Shown here piece by piece: positions 18,026 through 26,345 of a DNA stretch of 64,000 nt. Within the stretch, counting starts at the first letter, position 1; every line of letters starts with the position of its first letter. The notes beneath the pieces were generated by a model, which saw nothing but the letters and a program-made list of their open reading frames with translations, was not told where the DNA came from and ran no database searches. The DNA is taken from the sequence record ON529853.1; one strand, written 5' to 3'. A program made the translations under genes and the position numbers.

Positions 18026-18233
18026 ACAAGGCCTGACGACCTCGCTCGATTCCTCTTGGCCCGAAGGCTCATCCCGCTGACGCGTGGACCCCTTGCGGGG
18101 CGGGCGGACGCTATTGCCCCAAGGGGCTCAACCGATCTGTCGTCCAGAAACAGGGTGAGACCTCGGCGGCCGCACGAGGTCTCGGGCGTCCTCAAGCCGG
18201 ATTTCCGATCCTCGTACTGACCGGCTATTGAAC
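17990..18233 (-). ncRNA. candidate ~245-nt structured sRNA
   Basis: Bounded by near-consensus promoter and terminator; UUCG/GCAA tetraloops; 9-bp hairpin 18157-18183; no credible ORF. Confidence 0.6.
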
Positions 18234-18239
18234 AGGCGG

Positions 18240-18268
18240 AGTATGGCTCAGCTTGTCAGAAAAGTCAA
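18240..18268 (-). promoter_or_regulatory. sigma70-type promoter
   Basis: TTGACT-N17-CATACT; -35 contains stop of 18265..18612. Confidence 0.8.
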
Positions 18269-18612
18269 GCCTTCGCGACGGCGCAAGCCATGGCCGTGTA
18301 GCGTCCCCCGCTGTCGCGGAAACCCTCGACGAAGATGTATCGGACGCCGTCCGCGTTTTGGAATTCATAGACGGCGCAGTGATCGCCGGTGAACACCCGT
18401 TTGAGTCCGACCGCCTGGCGTTCCTTGACGGCCTTGTCAGTCGCGATCTGGCGGCGCTCTTCTGAGGTCGTCGGCCGGGTCTGGTTGGGACCCACCTCGA
18501 CCGTGGATGGGGCAGTCTCGACCGGCGGAGCGGGGCTCTGCGGCGGCGCGTTGCAGGCGGCGGTCGTCAGCAGCAGGGCGGCGGCGGCGAGGATGAGTTT
18601 GGTCTTGGTCAT
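18265..18612 (-). CDS. lipoprotein
   Basis: MTKTKLILAAAALLLTTAA-C lipobox. Confidence 0.8.
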   Translation of the reverse strand: MTKTKLILAAAALLLTTAACNAPPQSPAPPVETAPSTVEVGPNQTRPTTSEERRQIATDKAVKERQAVGLKRVFTGDHCAVYEFQNADGVRYIFVEGFRDSGGRYTAMACAVAKA

Positions 18613-18671
18613 GGGGTCCTTTCGAGGGAGCGGCCGGGATTCCTCCCGAGGGCGGTGCCAGGGTGGTGGGG

Positions 18672-18998
18672 TTAGTCGTCTAAATCAGGATGCCAGCCTG
18701 CTGGACACGGCTCCGGCTTCCAGCGGCGATCTTCCCCGGTCGGGAAGCCGAACTTCAGCACCATTTCGTAAGAGTCCCAGAACGCACGCGCCTGGGGATA
18801 GGCGACCAGCACCAGATACAGCGCCATAAGGCCGTTCAGTGCGGGGATCAGGAAGAACAGTATCACCGGGAACATCATCATAGGTCGGATGACCGCGTTG
18901 CCGTAATCAGACCGGCTCCACCAGTGGGCGCTTTGGATGATGAAGACCCCGCAGACGCACATAGGTGCGAGCCAGTAGATCAGGAATGGATCAGGCAT
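18672..18998 (-). CDS. membrane protein
   Basis: Two to three hydrophobic segments; GGAGG RBS. Confidence 0.75.
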   Translation of the reverse strand: MPDPFLIYWLAPMCVCGVFIIQSAHWWSRSDYGNAVIRPMMMFPVILFFLIPALNGLMALYLVLVAYPQARAFWDSYEMVLKFGFPTGEDRRWKPEPCPAGWHPDLDD

Positions 18999-19007
18999 GG
19001 GGACCTC

Positions 19008-19064
19008 CTAGATACAGATCAGCGCGAGGATGAAGGTGAAGATGAAGACGCGCAGGGCGGTCAT
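19008..19064 (-). CDS. 18-aa hydrophobic micropeptide
   Basis: MTALRVFIFTFILALICI; ATGA overlap with upstream stop; its stop abuts next RBS. Confidence 0.55.
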   Translation of the reverse strand: MTALRVFIFTFILALICI

Positions 19065-19363
19065 TGGGGGGCGGCGGCCGGCACCGGGGCGAGGGCGCAG
19101 GCCATAGAACTGGCGCCGCTCTGACCCGACACGATGATAAATTCCCGCTCATTGTACGTCAGGACCCCGATGGCGCAGTCGTCAAGGGACCCAAGTTGGG
19201 CGTAAGACCACGCCCTCGACGCGTCCGTGGCTGGCGCGCCTGTGTTCGCCGTGTTTCCCGGCGCGGGGACGACGGCCACAGGCGAGGGCGGGGAGCATGC
19301 CGCGAGGGCGAGCGGCGCGGCGCCCAGGGCGGCGGCGAGCAGGATGAGTTTGATACGGGGCAT
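19061..19363 (-). CDS. lipoprotein (paralog of 18265..18612)
   Basis: LALAA-C lipobox; shared C-terminal D.CA...I.V.G...MACA(L/V)A. Confidence 0.8.
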   Translation of the reverse strand: MPRIKLILLAAALGAAPLALAACSPPSPVAVVPAPGNTANTGAPATDASRAWSYAQLGSLDDCAIGVLTYNEREFIIVSGQSGASSMACALAPVPAAAPQ

Positions 19364-19399
19364 GAAAAAGTCCTCCAGGCGTTGTCGTCTGGAGGACTT

Positions 19400-19424
19400 G
19401 TAAAGGAATGAACTGCGGTGTCAA
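19400..19424 (-). promoter_or_regulatory. conserved early promoter
   Basis: gtaaaggaa-N10-tgtcaa; -35 contains upstream stop. Confidence 0.8.
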
Positions 19425-19522
19425 CCCAGGAAGAAGCGGATCAGCAGCCCGGCGGCCCCGAACAGGCAGAAGATCAGCACCAGGTCCAACACCATGCTCG
19501 GCGGCTTGTCTCGATCAGCCAT
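19421..19522 (-). CDS. 33-aa membrane peptide
   Basis: Read by eye: MADRDKPPSMVLDLVLIFCLFGAAGLLIRFFLG; TGATG coupling. Confidence 0.6.
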   Translation of the reverse strand: MADRDKPPSMVLDLVLIFCLFGAAGLLIRFFLG

Positions 19523-20019
19523 CAAGCGCGGTTGAAGCTGAACGGGGTGAAGGGCCGCCCCTCGCCGGCGTCCAGCAGGGTGTCCAGAAGGACCTGCCCT
19601 GCCGTCGACTGCGGATCGAGGTCGGCGCCGAAGCCGCTCGCATAGAGGTCCAGGGCCAGGAACCGCAGGTTGGTTGCGGTGTTCGCAACAGGCGCGCCCC
19701 GATCCATCGCGGCGTGATAGGCTTCGTGGGCGTCCTCGTCGTGGGGAACGGCGACCGTCGTCTCGGGCTCATCCGCATCAAGCAGCAGCGGAATGTCCGG
19801 GTCCAGGGTCAGGCCGTGCTGCTTGGCGAGCGCCCGCGCATAGGCTTCTGCGCCCGGCTTGTCATCAAAGAAGTCGCGACGCGCCGCCAGGGCGTAGTCG
19901 CGTCGCTCGTAATCCAGGGCCGGGGTGATCTCGGCGATGCCGATCCGGGTGCGGTCGCCGCGCGGGTAGATGATGATCCAGGTGCTGGGGTCCTGGTTCC
20001 GCTCAAGATGGTCGGTCAT
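19522..20019 (-). CDS. hypothetical protein
   Basis: 165 aa, coupled. Confidence 0.75.
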   Translation of the reverse strand: MTDHLERNQDPSTWIIIYPRGDRTRIGIAEITPALDYERRDYALAARRDFFDDKPGAEAYARALAKQHGLTLDPDIPLLLDADEPETTVAVPHDEDAHEAYHAAMDRGAPVANTATNLRFLALDLYASGFGADLDPQSTAGQVLLDTLLDAGEGRPFTPFSFNRA

Positions 20020-20435
20020 GCGGGCGTCAGGGTCAGGTGGAGAGGCTCGAACGTCGGGTAGTCGACCCCGCCGCCCGAGGCGCTGGTCATCCGGGCCATG
20101 CCTTGCCGCTCCAGGCGAATGGCGGCGGCGATCGCCTCAGCGCGCGTCATCCAGAACCCCTTCTGGGTGTTCAGGATGTCGTTGTCCAGGCTCACGGTCT
20201 TGGCGGGGCCGGTTTCCAGCAGGGTCAGCCAGATCACGCCGGCGGCCGTTGTCACCCAGCGCTTGTTCAGCACGACTTCCCTGATTTCGGCCAGGCCCAT
20301 CCGCTCCAGCATGCGCAGTTGCGGCAGGCGGGCCAGGTTGATGGGGTGGCCCACCACCGACTCGTCGCGGGCGTAGACGGCGGCGAGGTGGCGCAGGACG
20401 TCTTCGCCCTCTCGCGCGTTGTCAGTCTTTCGCAT
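20016..20435 (-). CDS. hypothetical protein, possible winged helix
   Basis: GGAGG RBS; LRMLERMGLAE...WVTTAAG. Confidence 0.7.
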   Translation of the reverse strand: MRKTDNAREGEDVLRHLAAVYARDESVVGHPINLARLPQLRMLERMGLAEIREVVLNKRWVTTAAGVIWLTLLETGPAKTVSLDNDILNTQKGFWMTRAEAIAAAIRLERQGMARMTSASGGGVDYPTFEPLHLTLTPA

Positions 20436-20444
20436 CCTGTCCTC

Positions 20445-21461
20445 CTATTGATCGATGTCGTCGAAGATGGCCGCGAGGTCGTCGCGCTCCATCATGGCGA
20501 CCATGTTGACCGCGTTGGGTTCGATCCCTTCGTCGACGAACCCCATGGCGGAAGGCGACCAGCCGGGGCCGGTGATGAACTTCATCCACTGGGCGGACGA
20601 CAACCCATCACTATAGCGCGACCGCGCCATCCAGTGCGCCAGGCCGTTCGGGGTCGCGAACACCGGGGAGATCGGACCGTCCGAGACGGTCTGCCACATC
20701 TGCCAGCCTTCACCCTCAGGCGGCTCGGTGCGCGCCCAGGCGTCGAGCGCCGCCTTGATCTCTGGGCTATCGTAGACCACGCCGCCGTGGCAGTCGGGGT
20801 TGAGGCAGTCCCAGCTTTCGCCGGACTCGCGGATGACGCGGTCCATGCAGGCGCTCTGACCAATCTGACTGTGACTCAGGTTCATCGCCGAAATCTGACG
20901 CGCCGTGAAGACAGGCGCGGGGTCAAATGGAACCCAGACCTTAGCCTCGCGGTCGAACGTGCCCGTCAGATGCGGTGGGATGCCGTGCTCGGCCGCCAGG
21001 ATGGCTTCCAGATCGGTGTCCGTCAAGCGCGCCATCCACTTGGTGTTGTGCAGCGCCGCCAGGCGTTCGGCTTCGCGCACGATGGCGGCCTCCACCTCTG
21101 GACGATCCAGATCATCTTCGGTCAGCGGGGTCTCGGGCCGCTGCGCGGCGATGAACCGCTGCATTTCGGTCAGAGCGTCGACGTAGAAGCCCGGCGAGGC
21201 CATGACGCTCCGCTGCGCCTGATGGCGGATTTCCGGGTCCTCGGCGGTCCAGCGGTGCGCGCCGGCGGCGTCGCCCTGCTGGGTGTAATCTTCACCGCGC
21301 TGACCCCACCAGAGCGCCTGGAGGTGGTTGGCGTACGGGGATTGAGCCAGCCCGCCGCAATCGGGGCAGGTGGACACGCCTTCATCGGGACGGATGTAGC
21401 CAGCCCAGGCCGTCAAAGGGGCGTCGAAATCCAGGGCGACGCGTTTGACAGAGCGGCCCAT
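20445..21461 (-). CDS. conserved phage protein with CxxC motifs
   Basis: CPDCGG; PPEGEGWQMWQTVSDGPISPVFAT motif. Confidence 0.8.
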   Translation of the reverse strand: MGRSVKRVALDFDAPLTAWAGYIRPDEGVSTCPDCGGLAQSPYANHLQALWWGQRGEDYTQQGDAAGAHRWTAEDPEIRHQAQRSVMASPGFYVDALTEMQRFIAAQRPETPLTEDDLDRPEVEAAIVREAERLAALHNTKWMARLTDTDLEAILAAEHGIPPHLTGTFDREAKVWVPFDPAPVFTARQISAMNLSHSQIGQSACMDRVIRESGESWDCLNPDCHGGVVYDSPEIKAALDAWARTEPPEGEGWQMWQTVSDGPISPVFATPNGLAHWMARSRYSDGLSSAQWMKFITGPGWSPSAMGFVDEGIEPNAVNMVAMMERDDLAAIFDDIDQ

Positions 21462-22102
21462 CAGCAGGAAATCCCGTCATAGCCGCCGCCGGCGTGATCG
21501 GTGCTGACGCTGTCGCGCGGCGCGGGCTTCGCCATGATCGCCAGTTCAGGGAAGTCGCGCCCGGCGCAGAAGACGAAGTCGGGCTGGCCCTGGGCGACGC
21601 GCCACATGGAATGGGCCAGGTCGTCGTGCAGCTTCTCGATCGGCAGTCCGAACCGGGCGCTGTAGGCGCGGTATTGGTCGTCGAACTGCTCGAACAGGGC
21701 CTTGACCGAAGGGTCCGCCTGAAGCCGGCGATAGGCGACCGCGCGTGAATGCTGCATCACCGCGCGCATGTCGGCGACGGTGTATTGCTGGTCCTGGGTC
21801 AGGTCCCGATAAGGGGTCTCGGGCGCCGAAACGACCTCTTCAATCATCTCGTCGTCGGTCCAACGGAAGCGTTCGCCGTCCATGACGAAGTGGTCGACGC
21901 TGGAAGACAGCAGGGTGCGGAAGCCGGGGTGCTTGATTTGTCCCGCGTAGGCGACCTGCTGCGCCCGCAAATAATCGACGTCCGGCGAGCGGGTGTAGTA
22001 GGTGAACTCACGACCGCCCGGCAGGGTCAGGACCACGCCCCGATAGGAGGCCTGATCGCCCTCGTCGTAGTCGATCGCGATGTGGAAGTTCGGCGTCGCC
22101 AT
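21461..22102 (-). CDS. hypothetical protein
   Basis: GAGGAG RBS (MATPNF...). Confidence 0.75.
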   Translation of the reverse strand: MATPNFHIAIDYDEGDQASYRGVVLTLPGGREFTYYTRSPDVDYLRAQQVAYAGQIKHPGFRTLLSSSVDHFVMDGERFRWTDDEMIEEVVSAPETPYRDLTQDQQYTVADMRAVMQHSRAVAYRRLQADPSVKALFEQFDDQYRAYSARFGLPIEKLHDDLAHSMWRVAQGQPDFVFCAGRDFPELAIMAKPAPRDSVSTDHAGGGYDGISC

Positions 22103-22113
22103 GGGTCGCTCCT

Positions 22114-22311
22114 CTAGGGTTTGGCGGTCAGGGCGCAGCGCCGGCAGACATCTCCCTCGTAGACACGTTTCTCTTCGATGTTGTGCCACTCGATGGGGCC
22201 GCCGAACCCGTGGTTGGGCTCAGACTCCATCACCGAGATCGGCACCACCGAATAGCGGGGGCGCATCTTGTGGCCGAAAACTCGGCACCACCAGGGGGTC
22301 TCCTGCGTCAC
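22114..22311 (-). CDS. small Zn-ribbon-like protein
   Basis: CRVFGH...CRRC. Confidence 0.65.
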   Translation of the reverse strand: MTQETPWWCRVFGHKMRPRYSVVPISVMESEPNHGFGGPIEWHNIEEKRVYEGDVCRRCALTAKP

Positions 22312-22333
22312 GATCTGACCTTTCTAGGGTTCT

Positions 22334-22359
22334 GTAAAGGAATGGTTTGCGAACGTCAA
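22334..22359 (-). promoter_or_regulatory. conserved early promoter
   Basis: gtaaaggaa-N11-cgtcaa; -35 contains upstream stop. Confidence 0.8.
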
Positions 22360-22634
22360 GCGCCGTCATGCACGATGACGGACAAACCGTGCCGGGCGGC
22401 GTAGTCCGCCAGGCCGTTATTGACGGCGGCCTGGGCGACGCGGCAGTCGTAGCGCTGGCTGGCGCGCAGGCAGGCGTGCACCCGCTTCGCGGTCGGCGCG
22501 GGACAGCCGAAACCCTGGACGACGTCGCGCACGATAGCCCTCGTCGCCGTCCCCCGGATGGAAATGGCGACGTCGTGGGCGCGACGCGACGGCGGCGACA
22601 GCCTCAGCACGTCAGCGCCGCCGTTCAGCGACAA
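22356..22634 (-). CDS. hypothetical protein
   Basis: 92 aa. Confidence 0.55.
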   Translation of the reverse strand: MSLNGGADVLRLSPPSRRAHDVAISIRGTATRAIVRDVVQGFGCPAPTAKRVHACLRASQRYDCRVAQAAVNNGLADYAARHGLSVIVHDGA

Positions 22635-23004
22635 CCAGACGGGCGCGTTCCAGCATTTCGGGCGCGCAGCCCGTCTCGCCGGCCGCCAGGCGCTCCGCCA
22701 CGAAGGCGCGGCCTTTGTCGGTGGCCTCGTAGTCGCCTCGGCAGCCGCAGGGACAGCCGTCGATCAAGCCGCGACGGATCAGGTTCGCCATCTTGCCGCG
22801 CAGCAGTTTTTCCGGGATGTCCTCAGGAAAGAGCGGTGCGACCGAATGGAACCAGAACTGCGGGTCGGCCTGGACAGTGTCCGTCCAGCACCAGGTCCCC
22901 CAGACGCCGTCCAGGGCGGTGACGAACTGGACGATCGGCAGGTCGGGGATGTCCTTGAGTTGGCGAGGCGCGGCGCCGGTCCAGTAGGAGACGAACGTCG
23001 TCAT
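22612..23004 (-). CDS. conserved phage protein (winged-helix-like, CPCGC)
   Basis: PEKLLRGKMANLIRRGLIDGCPCGCRGDYEAT. Confidence 0.7.
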   Translation of the reverse strand: MTTFVSYWTGAAPRQLKDIPDLPIVQFVTALDGVWGTWCWTDTVQADPQFWFHSVAPLFPEDIPEKLLRGKMANLIRRGLIDGCPCGCRGDYEATDKGRAFVAERLAAGETGCAPEMLERARLVVAERRR

Positions 23005-23279
23005 CGGCCGGCGCCTTGCCGCAGACTGTCATAGACCCCCGGAGCGATGCCGGCGACTTCACAGGCGGCCTCACGGAAAATCCCGCGATAGGGCTCGGCA
23101 TGGGCTTCGATGTGCGTGATGACGTCGATGACCTCCAGATCGGTGGACGCCGGGGACAGCCGCGCGATCATGGCCGGAAGCGGCGCCTCGGGGTGCAGGA
23201 CGCCGGCCTCGCAGCAGGCGTCGTCGGGCTCCGCCTTGATCTTTTCCAGCAGCCATTCGCGGGTGATGTGCATCTTCAT
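23001..23279 (-). CDS. hypothetical protein
   Basis: MKMHITREWLLEKI... Confidence 0.65.
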   Translation of the reverse strand: MKMHITREWLLEKIKAEPDDACCEAGVLHPEAPLPAMIARLSPASTDLEVIDVITHIEAHAEPYRGIFREAACEVAGIAPGVYDSLRQGAGR

Positions 23280-23524
23280 GCCTTGATCTCCTGTGGCGAG
23301 CGGTCCAGCCAGCCCGGCTCCGATTGAAACCGGATCGGCGCGGGCTCATAGAGTTTCTCGATCGTCTCTCGGCGGCCCCAGTGCTGGACGTAGCCCTCGG
23401 CGTCGGACACGACCCAGGCCCCCACCCAAGGACCGCTGACGACGCCCTCGAATTCCGCGATGTTCTCGGCAGTGATCTGTTCGACGACGCAGGGCGCCGA
23501 GCGGCCCTTGAGCGAGACCTTCAA
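23276..23524 (-). CDS. hypothetical protein
   Basis: Start re-called at TTG overlapping upstream stop. Confidence 0.55.
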   Translation of the reverse strand: MKVSLKGRSAPCVVEQITAENIAEFEGVVSGPWVGAWVVSDAEGYVQHWGRRETIEKLYEPAPIRFQSEPGWLDRSPQEIKA

Positions 23525-23955
23525 GTGCGCCGCCCGTCGCACGCCAGACAGGCCATCAACGCCAGGACGAGCCCGACGGCGGCGCCCGCCGCGTCCACCT
23601 GGAAATAGTCGTCCGTGTGGTCGTCCGTAATGTAGCCGGGACCGGCGACCCAGGCTCTCACCTCGGTCGCGCGATCTGCGTCGGCTCCCGGCATATAGGC
23701 ATAGCCGTGCACCCAGCGCGGCAGGATCGCCTCGATCAGCCGCATGGCCGCGTCCACTGAGGCGGTGTAGCGGGGAACCGGCGTGCGGTCCCCGGCCAGC
23801 GGATACAGCAGCGCATGCAGGTCGCGGTCGATGGTGCGGTCAGGCCCCTTATCCAGTTGACCCGCCAAGGCGCGCAGATGCGCCTTGGCGTCGTGGCCGA
23901 GCAGGATGCTGGGGTGTTGACCCGCGCCCATGGCGGGATCGTAGGTCTCAGTCAA
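23521..23955 (-). CDS. conserved phage hypothetical protein
   Basis: VPRYTASVDAAMRL motif. Confidence 0.7.
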   Translation of the reverse strand: MTETYDPAMGAGQHPSILLGHDAKAHLRALAGQLDKGPDRTIDRDLHALLYPLAGDRTPVPRYTASVDAAMRLIEAILPRWVHGYAYMPGADADRATEVRAWVAGPGYITDDHTDDYFQVDAAGAAVGLVLALMACLACDGRRT

Positions 23956-24382
23956 CGGACGTGCTCCCCGGATTGATAAGGGCTTTGCCCCGACGCATCA
24001 GGTCGACCAGGAACGGACTGGGCGCGCCCAGGGCCATGAACATCCGCACGAGCAGCAGCTTGTGCGCCTTGGGGATGGTGATGGACTCGTCCGGGTTGAT
24101 GACGCACAGGCGGGTGAGGGTTTTGGCGGCCGCTTCGCCCCCGGCGCGGTCGCGATAGTGCAGGTCGAGGCGATCGACGAGCGTCTCTTCGGCCTCGGGC
24201 TCCCAGGGCTTGCCGTCCTGAAGCGCCAGCATCAGGGCGCGAAGTTGCCCGGCGACCACCGGCGCGTCGATCAGATTATCGCGCTCGGCGAACTCGTCGA
24301 GCATCCCCGCCGCCGCCGCCATGACGGCGGGCAGCGGCGTGGGGCCGATCTTGTGCGGGACCTTTCGGGTCAGATACTCCAC
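23948..24382 (-). CDS. hypothetical protein
   Basis: 144 aa. Confidence 0.7.
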   Translation of the reverse strand: MEYLTRKVPHKIGPTPLPAVMAAAAGMLDEFAERDNLIDAPVVAGQLRALMLALQDGKPWEPEAEETLVDRLDLHYRDRAGGEAAAKTLTRLCVINPDESITIPKAHKLLLVRMFMALGAPSPFLVDLMRRGKALINPGSTSVD

Positions 24383-24384
24383 GC

Positions 24385-24672
24385 TTAGGCGCTCGTCTTG
24401 ACCTTGGCGCGGGGCGCGGGGGTCAGGGCCGCCGGCCCCTCGATTTCCAGGCCCTTGTAGAAGTGGGAGACCGGCTTGCCCAGCAGGCTCGCCAAGGTGA
24501 ACAGGTTGTCCACCGTGATGCGGCGGTTGCCCTTCTCGTAGTGGTGCATCGCCACCTCGGAGATGCCCATGCCGCGCGCCAGTTCGGCGCGGCTCAGCCC
24601 GCGCTTTTCACGGGTCTCGGCGACGACGGCGCCGACGTGGTCGGAAACGCGTTGATCGATCGGTCTGGGCAT
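24385..24672 (-). CDS. XRE-family HTH transcriptional regulator
   Basis: TREKRGLSRAELARGMGISEVAMHHYEKGNRRIT. Confidence 0.9.
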   Translation of the reverse strand: MPRPIDQRVSDHVGAVVAETREKRGLSRAELARGMGISEVAMHHYEKGNRRITVDNLFTLASLLGKPVSHFYKGLEIEGPAALTPAPRAKVKTSA

Positions 24673-24685
24673 GGAATGTCCTTTC

Positions 24686-25156
24686 TTAGAACGGATTGAC
24701 GGCGGCTTCGAAGGCCGCGATGAATTGGTGGTGTCGGTCCACAGGCTTGGCGGTCATCCGCGCGGCGAGCGCGTTCAGACCCTGGCGATTGCGTACGAAC
24801 CCCGAAAGCCAGTCCGGCACCTGGTAGGCGGTGCGCCCAGTCTCCACGCACTGGATGGACAGCGAACGGTTTCGCTTGACCACGCAGTAGCTGAACACCG
24901 GCTGATCGTCCTTGGTGTAGGGCAGGGCCGGTTGGAACCACCGCAGCAGCCGCCGGGCTTGTTGACGGGCGTAGACGCCCGCCTCGAAGTCGCCCGAGCG
25001 CCCGGAGCCGATCAGGGGAATCTTGTGACGGGAGCCGTCGGGCGCGATGATGCGCGCCATGTTGTGCTTCTTGGCGGGCTCGAAGACCACCTGGAACCCT
25101 TCCGGCTCCAGCACCGCCCGGATGGCGTCAAGACCGGCTCGTTCATGTGATGTCAT
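24686..25156 (-). CDS. hypothetical protein with HicA-like N-terminus
   Basis: LEPEGFQVVFEPAKKH...APDGSRHKIP resembles the HicA fold; weak. Confidence 0.5.
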   Translation of the reverse strand: MTSHERAGLDAIRAVLEPEGFQVVFEPAKKHNMARIIAPDGSRHKIPLIGSGRSGDFEAGVYARQQARRLLRWFQPALPYTKDDQPVFSYCVVKRNRSLSIQCVETGRTAYQVPDWLSGFVRNRQGLNALAARMTAKPVDRHHQFIAAFEAAVNPF

Positions 25157-25180
25157 AGCGCCCTCCTTTCCCTCTGCGCT

Positions 25181-25206
25181 GTAAAGGAACGCGAGCAGGG
25201 TGTCAA
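25181..25206 (-). promoter_or_regulatory. conserved early promoter
   Basis: gtaaaggaa-N11-tgtcaa. Confidence 0.8.
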
Positions 25207-25221
25207 ACTATTTGTTAAGTC

Positions 25222-25608
25222 TCAGGGCGCTTTGCCAAGAATCTCGGCAGCCTTTGCCCAGGCCGATTGCGTCGGCGGCACGATCACGGGGAGGCGCTGG
25301 TTATAGCGCGATGCGCTGACCACGTTGGCGACCCACTCCAGTTGACGTTCCCGCAACCGGGCGAACCAATAGAGCGCCACCAGGCGCTCCTCGTCGCCGC
25401 CATCTTGCGCCCGACGTTTGGCGTCGCGCGTATCCTGACGCGCGGACGCCAGCAGCCCTTTCAGGTCGTCGGCGTCGACCGTCTCACGGGCCTCGCTGAA
25501 CCCGCGCAAGGCGCCGGCGCGTTTGTAGAGGTCAGTGTAGGCCCGCGACACCTCGGCCTCGCCGTCGGCGCAGATGCGGGCGACGAACTCTCTATAGGTC
25601 AGTCCCAT
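25222..25608 (-). CDS. hypothetical protein
   Basis: GGAG RBS, 128 aa. Confidence 0.75.
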   Translation of the reverse strand: MGLTYREFVARICADGEAEVSRAYTDLYKRAGALRGFSEARETVDADDLKGLLASARQDTRDAKRRAQDGGDEERLVALYWFARLRERQLEWVANVVSASRYNQRLPVIVPPTQSAWAKAAEILGKAP

Positions 25609-25639
25609 GGCGGCTCCTTCGGTTCAACAACCACCGGTC

Positions 25640-25665
25640 GTAAAGGAATGGTGTGCGTATGTCAA
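25640..25665 (-). promoter_or_regulatory. conserved early promoter
   Basis: gtaaaggaa-N11-tgtcaa. Confidence 0.8.
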
Positions 25666-25684
25666 CATCGACGTCACTCGCGCG

Positions 25685-26089
25685 CTACGCGCCCTCGTGA
25701 CCGGCTGCCGCCGGCCCACCTTCGGTCGGCTCTTTCTCCGGAACGACCATGACCCCGAGACGGCCGCGATTTTTCCATAGGTCACGGCGCCAGGTGAGCC
25801 ACCGATCGTAGAGCAGGTCCGCCAGCATATCCAGCTTGGCGCCCAGGATCGGGTGCTCCTTAATCACAAGCGCGCGCACGGCCTGCGTGTTGTGGAGACA
25901 GCCGGAGAGCAAGGCGTCGGTCAGGTCGTTGCGCCGGATCATCCGCATGGTCATGCTGCGGAACGTCTCCTCCAGCCGGTCGACCTTATCGGGGTGCTCG
26001 TCTAGGAAGGCGCGCAGGATCGCCCGCGCCTCGTCGGGCGTGCAGTCCAGGGTCTTGATGCGGTGCAGGCCAGGAAACTCAATCACCAC
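25685..26089 (-). CDS. hypothetical protein
   Basis: GTG start near upstream stop (MVIEFPGL...). Confidence 0.65.
   Translation of the reverse strand: MVIEFPGLHRIKTLDCTPDEARAILRAFLDEHPDKVDRLEETFRSMTMRMIRRNDLTDALLSGCLHNTQAVRALVIKEHPILGAKLDMLADLLYDRWLTWRRDLWKNRGRLGVMVVPEKEPTEGGPAAAGHEGA
25692..25725. repeat. 34-bp dispersed direct repeat, copy 2
   Basis: 32/34 identical to 14926..14959; encodes end of ORF 25685. Confidence 0.85.
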
Positions 26090-26345
26090 GACCTGCCTTG
26101 CGCGCCTGTTCGTCGGCGCAGTGTGGGTCGCCGTAGCCCCCATGCAGGGGAGAGGTGCAACCCGCCATGCAGGCCCAGTTGCAGGGGTGTTCTTCCGGCG
26201 CGATCGGCTCCGCCAGGGCGGCGCGCACCGACTCGACCATGACGTCGTTCTGGGTTCGGTTGTTGCGGAAGGCATGGACGCGCAGCTTCTCGGCCAGTTC
26301 GGGCGGAAGGAAGAAGGTGCGGCCGACAGGACGATCGCTCACCAA
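26079..26345 (-). CDS. ribbon-helix-helix DNA-binding protein
   Basis: RTFFLPPELAEKLRVHAFRNNRTQNDVMVESVRAAL. Confidence 0.7.
   Translation of the reverse strand: MVSDRPVGRTFFLPPELAEKLRVHAFRNNRTQNDVMVESVRAALAEPIAPEEHPCNWACMAGCTSPLHGGYGDPHCADEQARKAGRGD

Noticed and set aside
18060-18080. GAUGAG-CC-UUCG-GG-C resembling hammerhead stem II
   Set aside because: CUGA and GAAA core nucleotides are absent (GGGA/CAAG)
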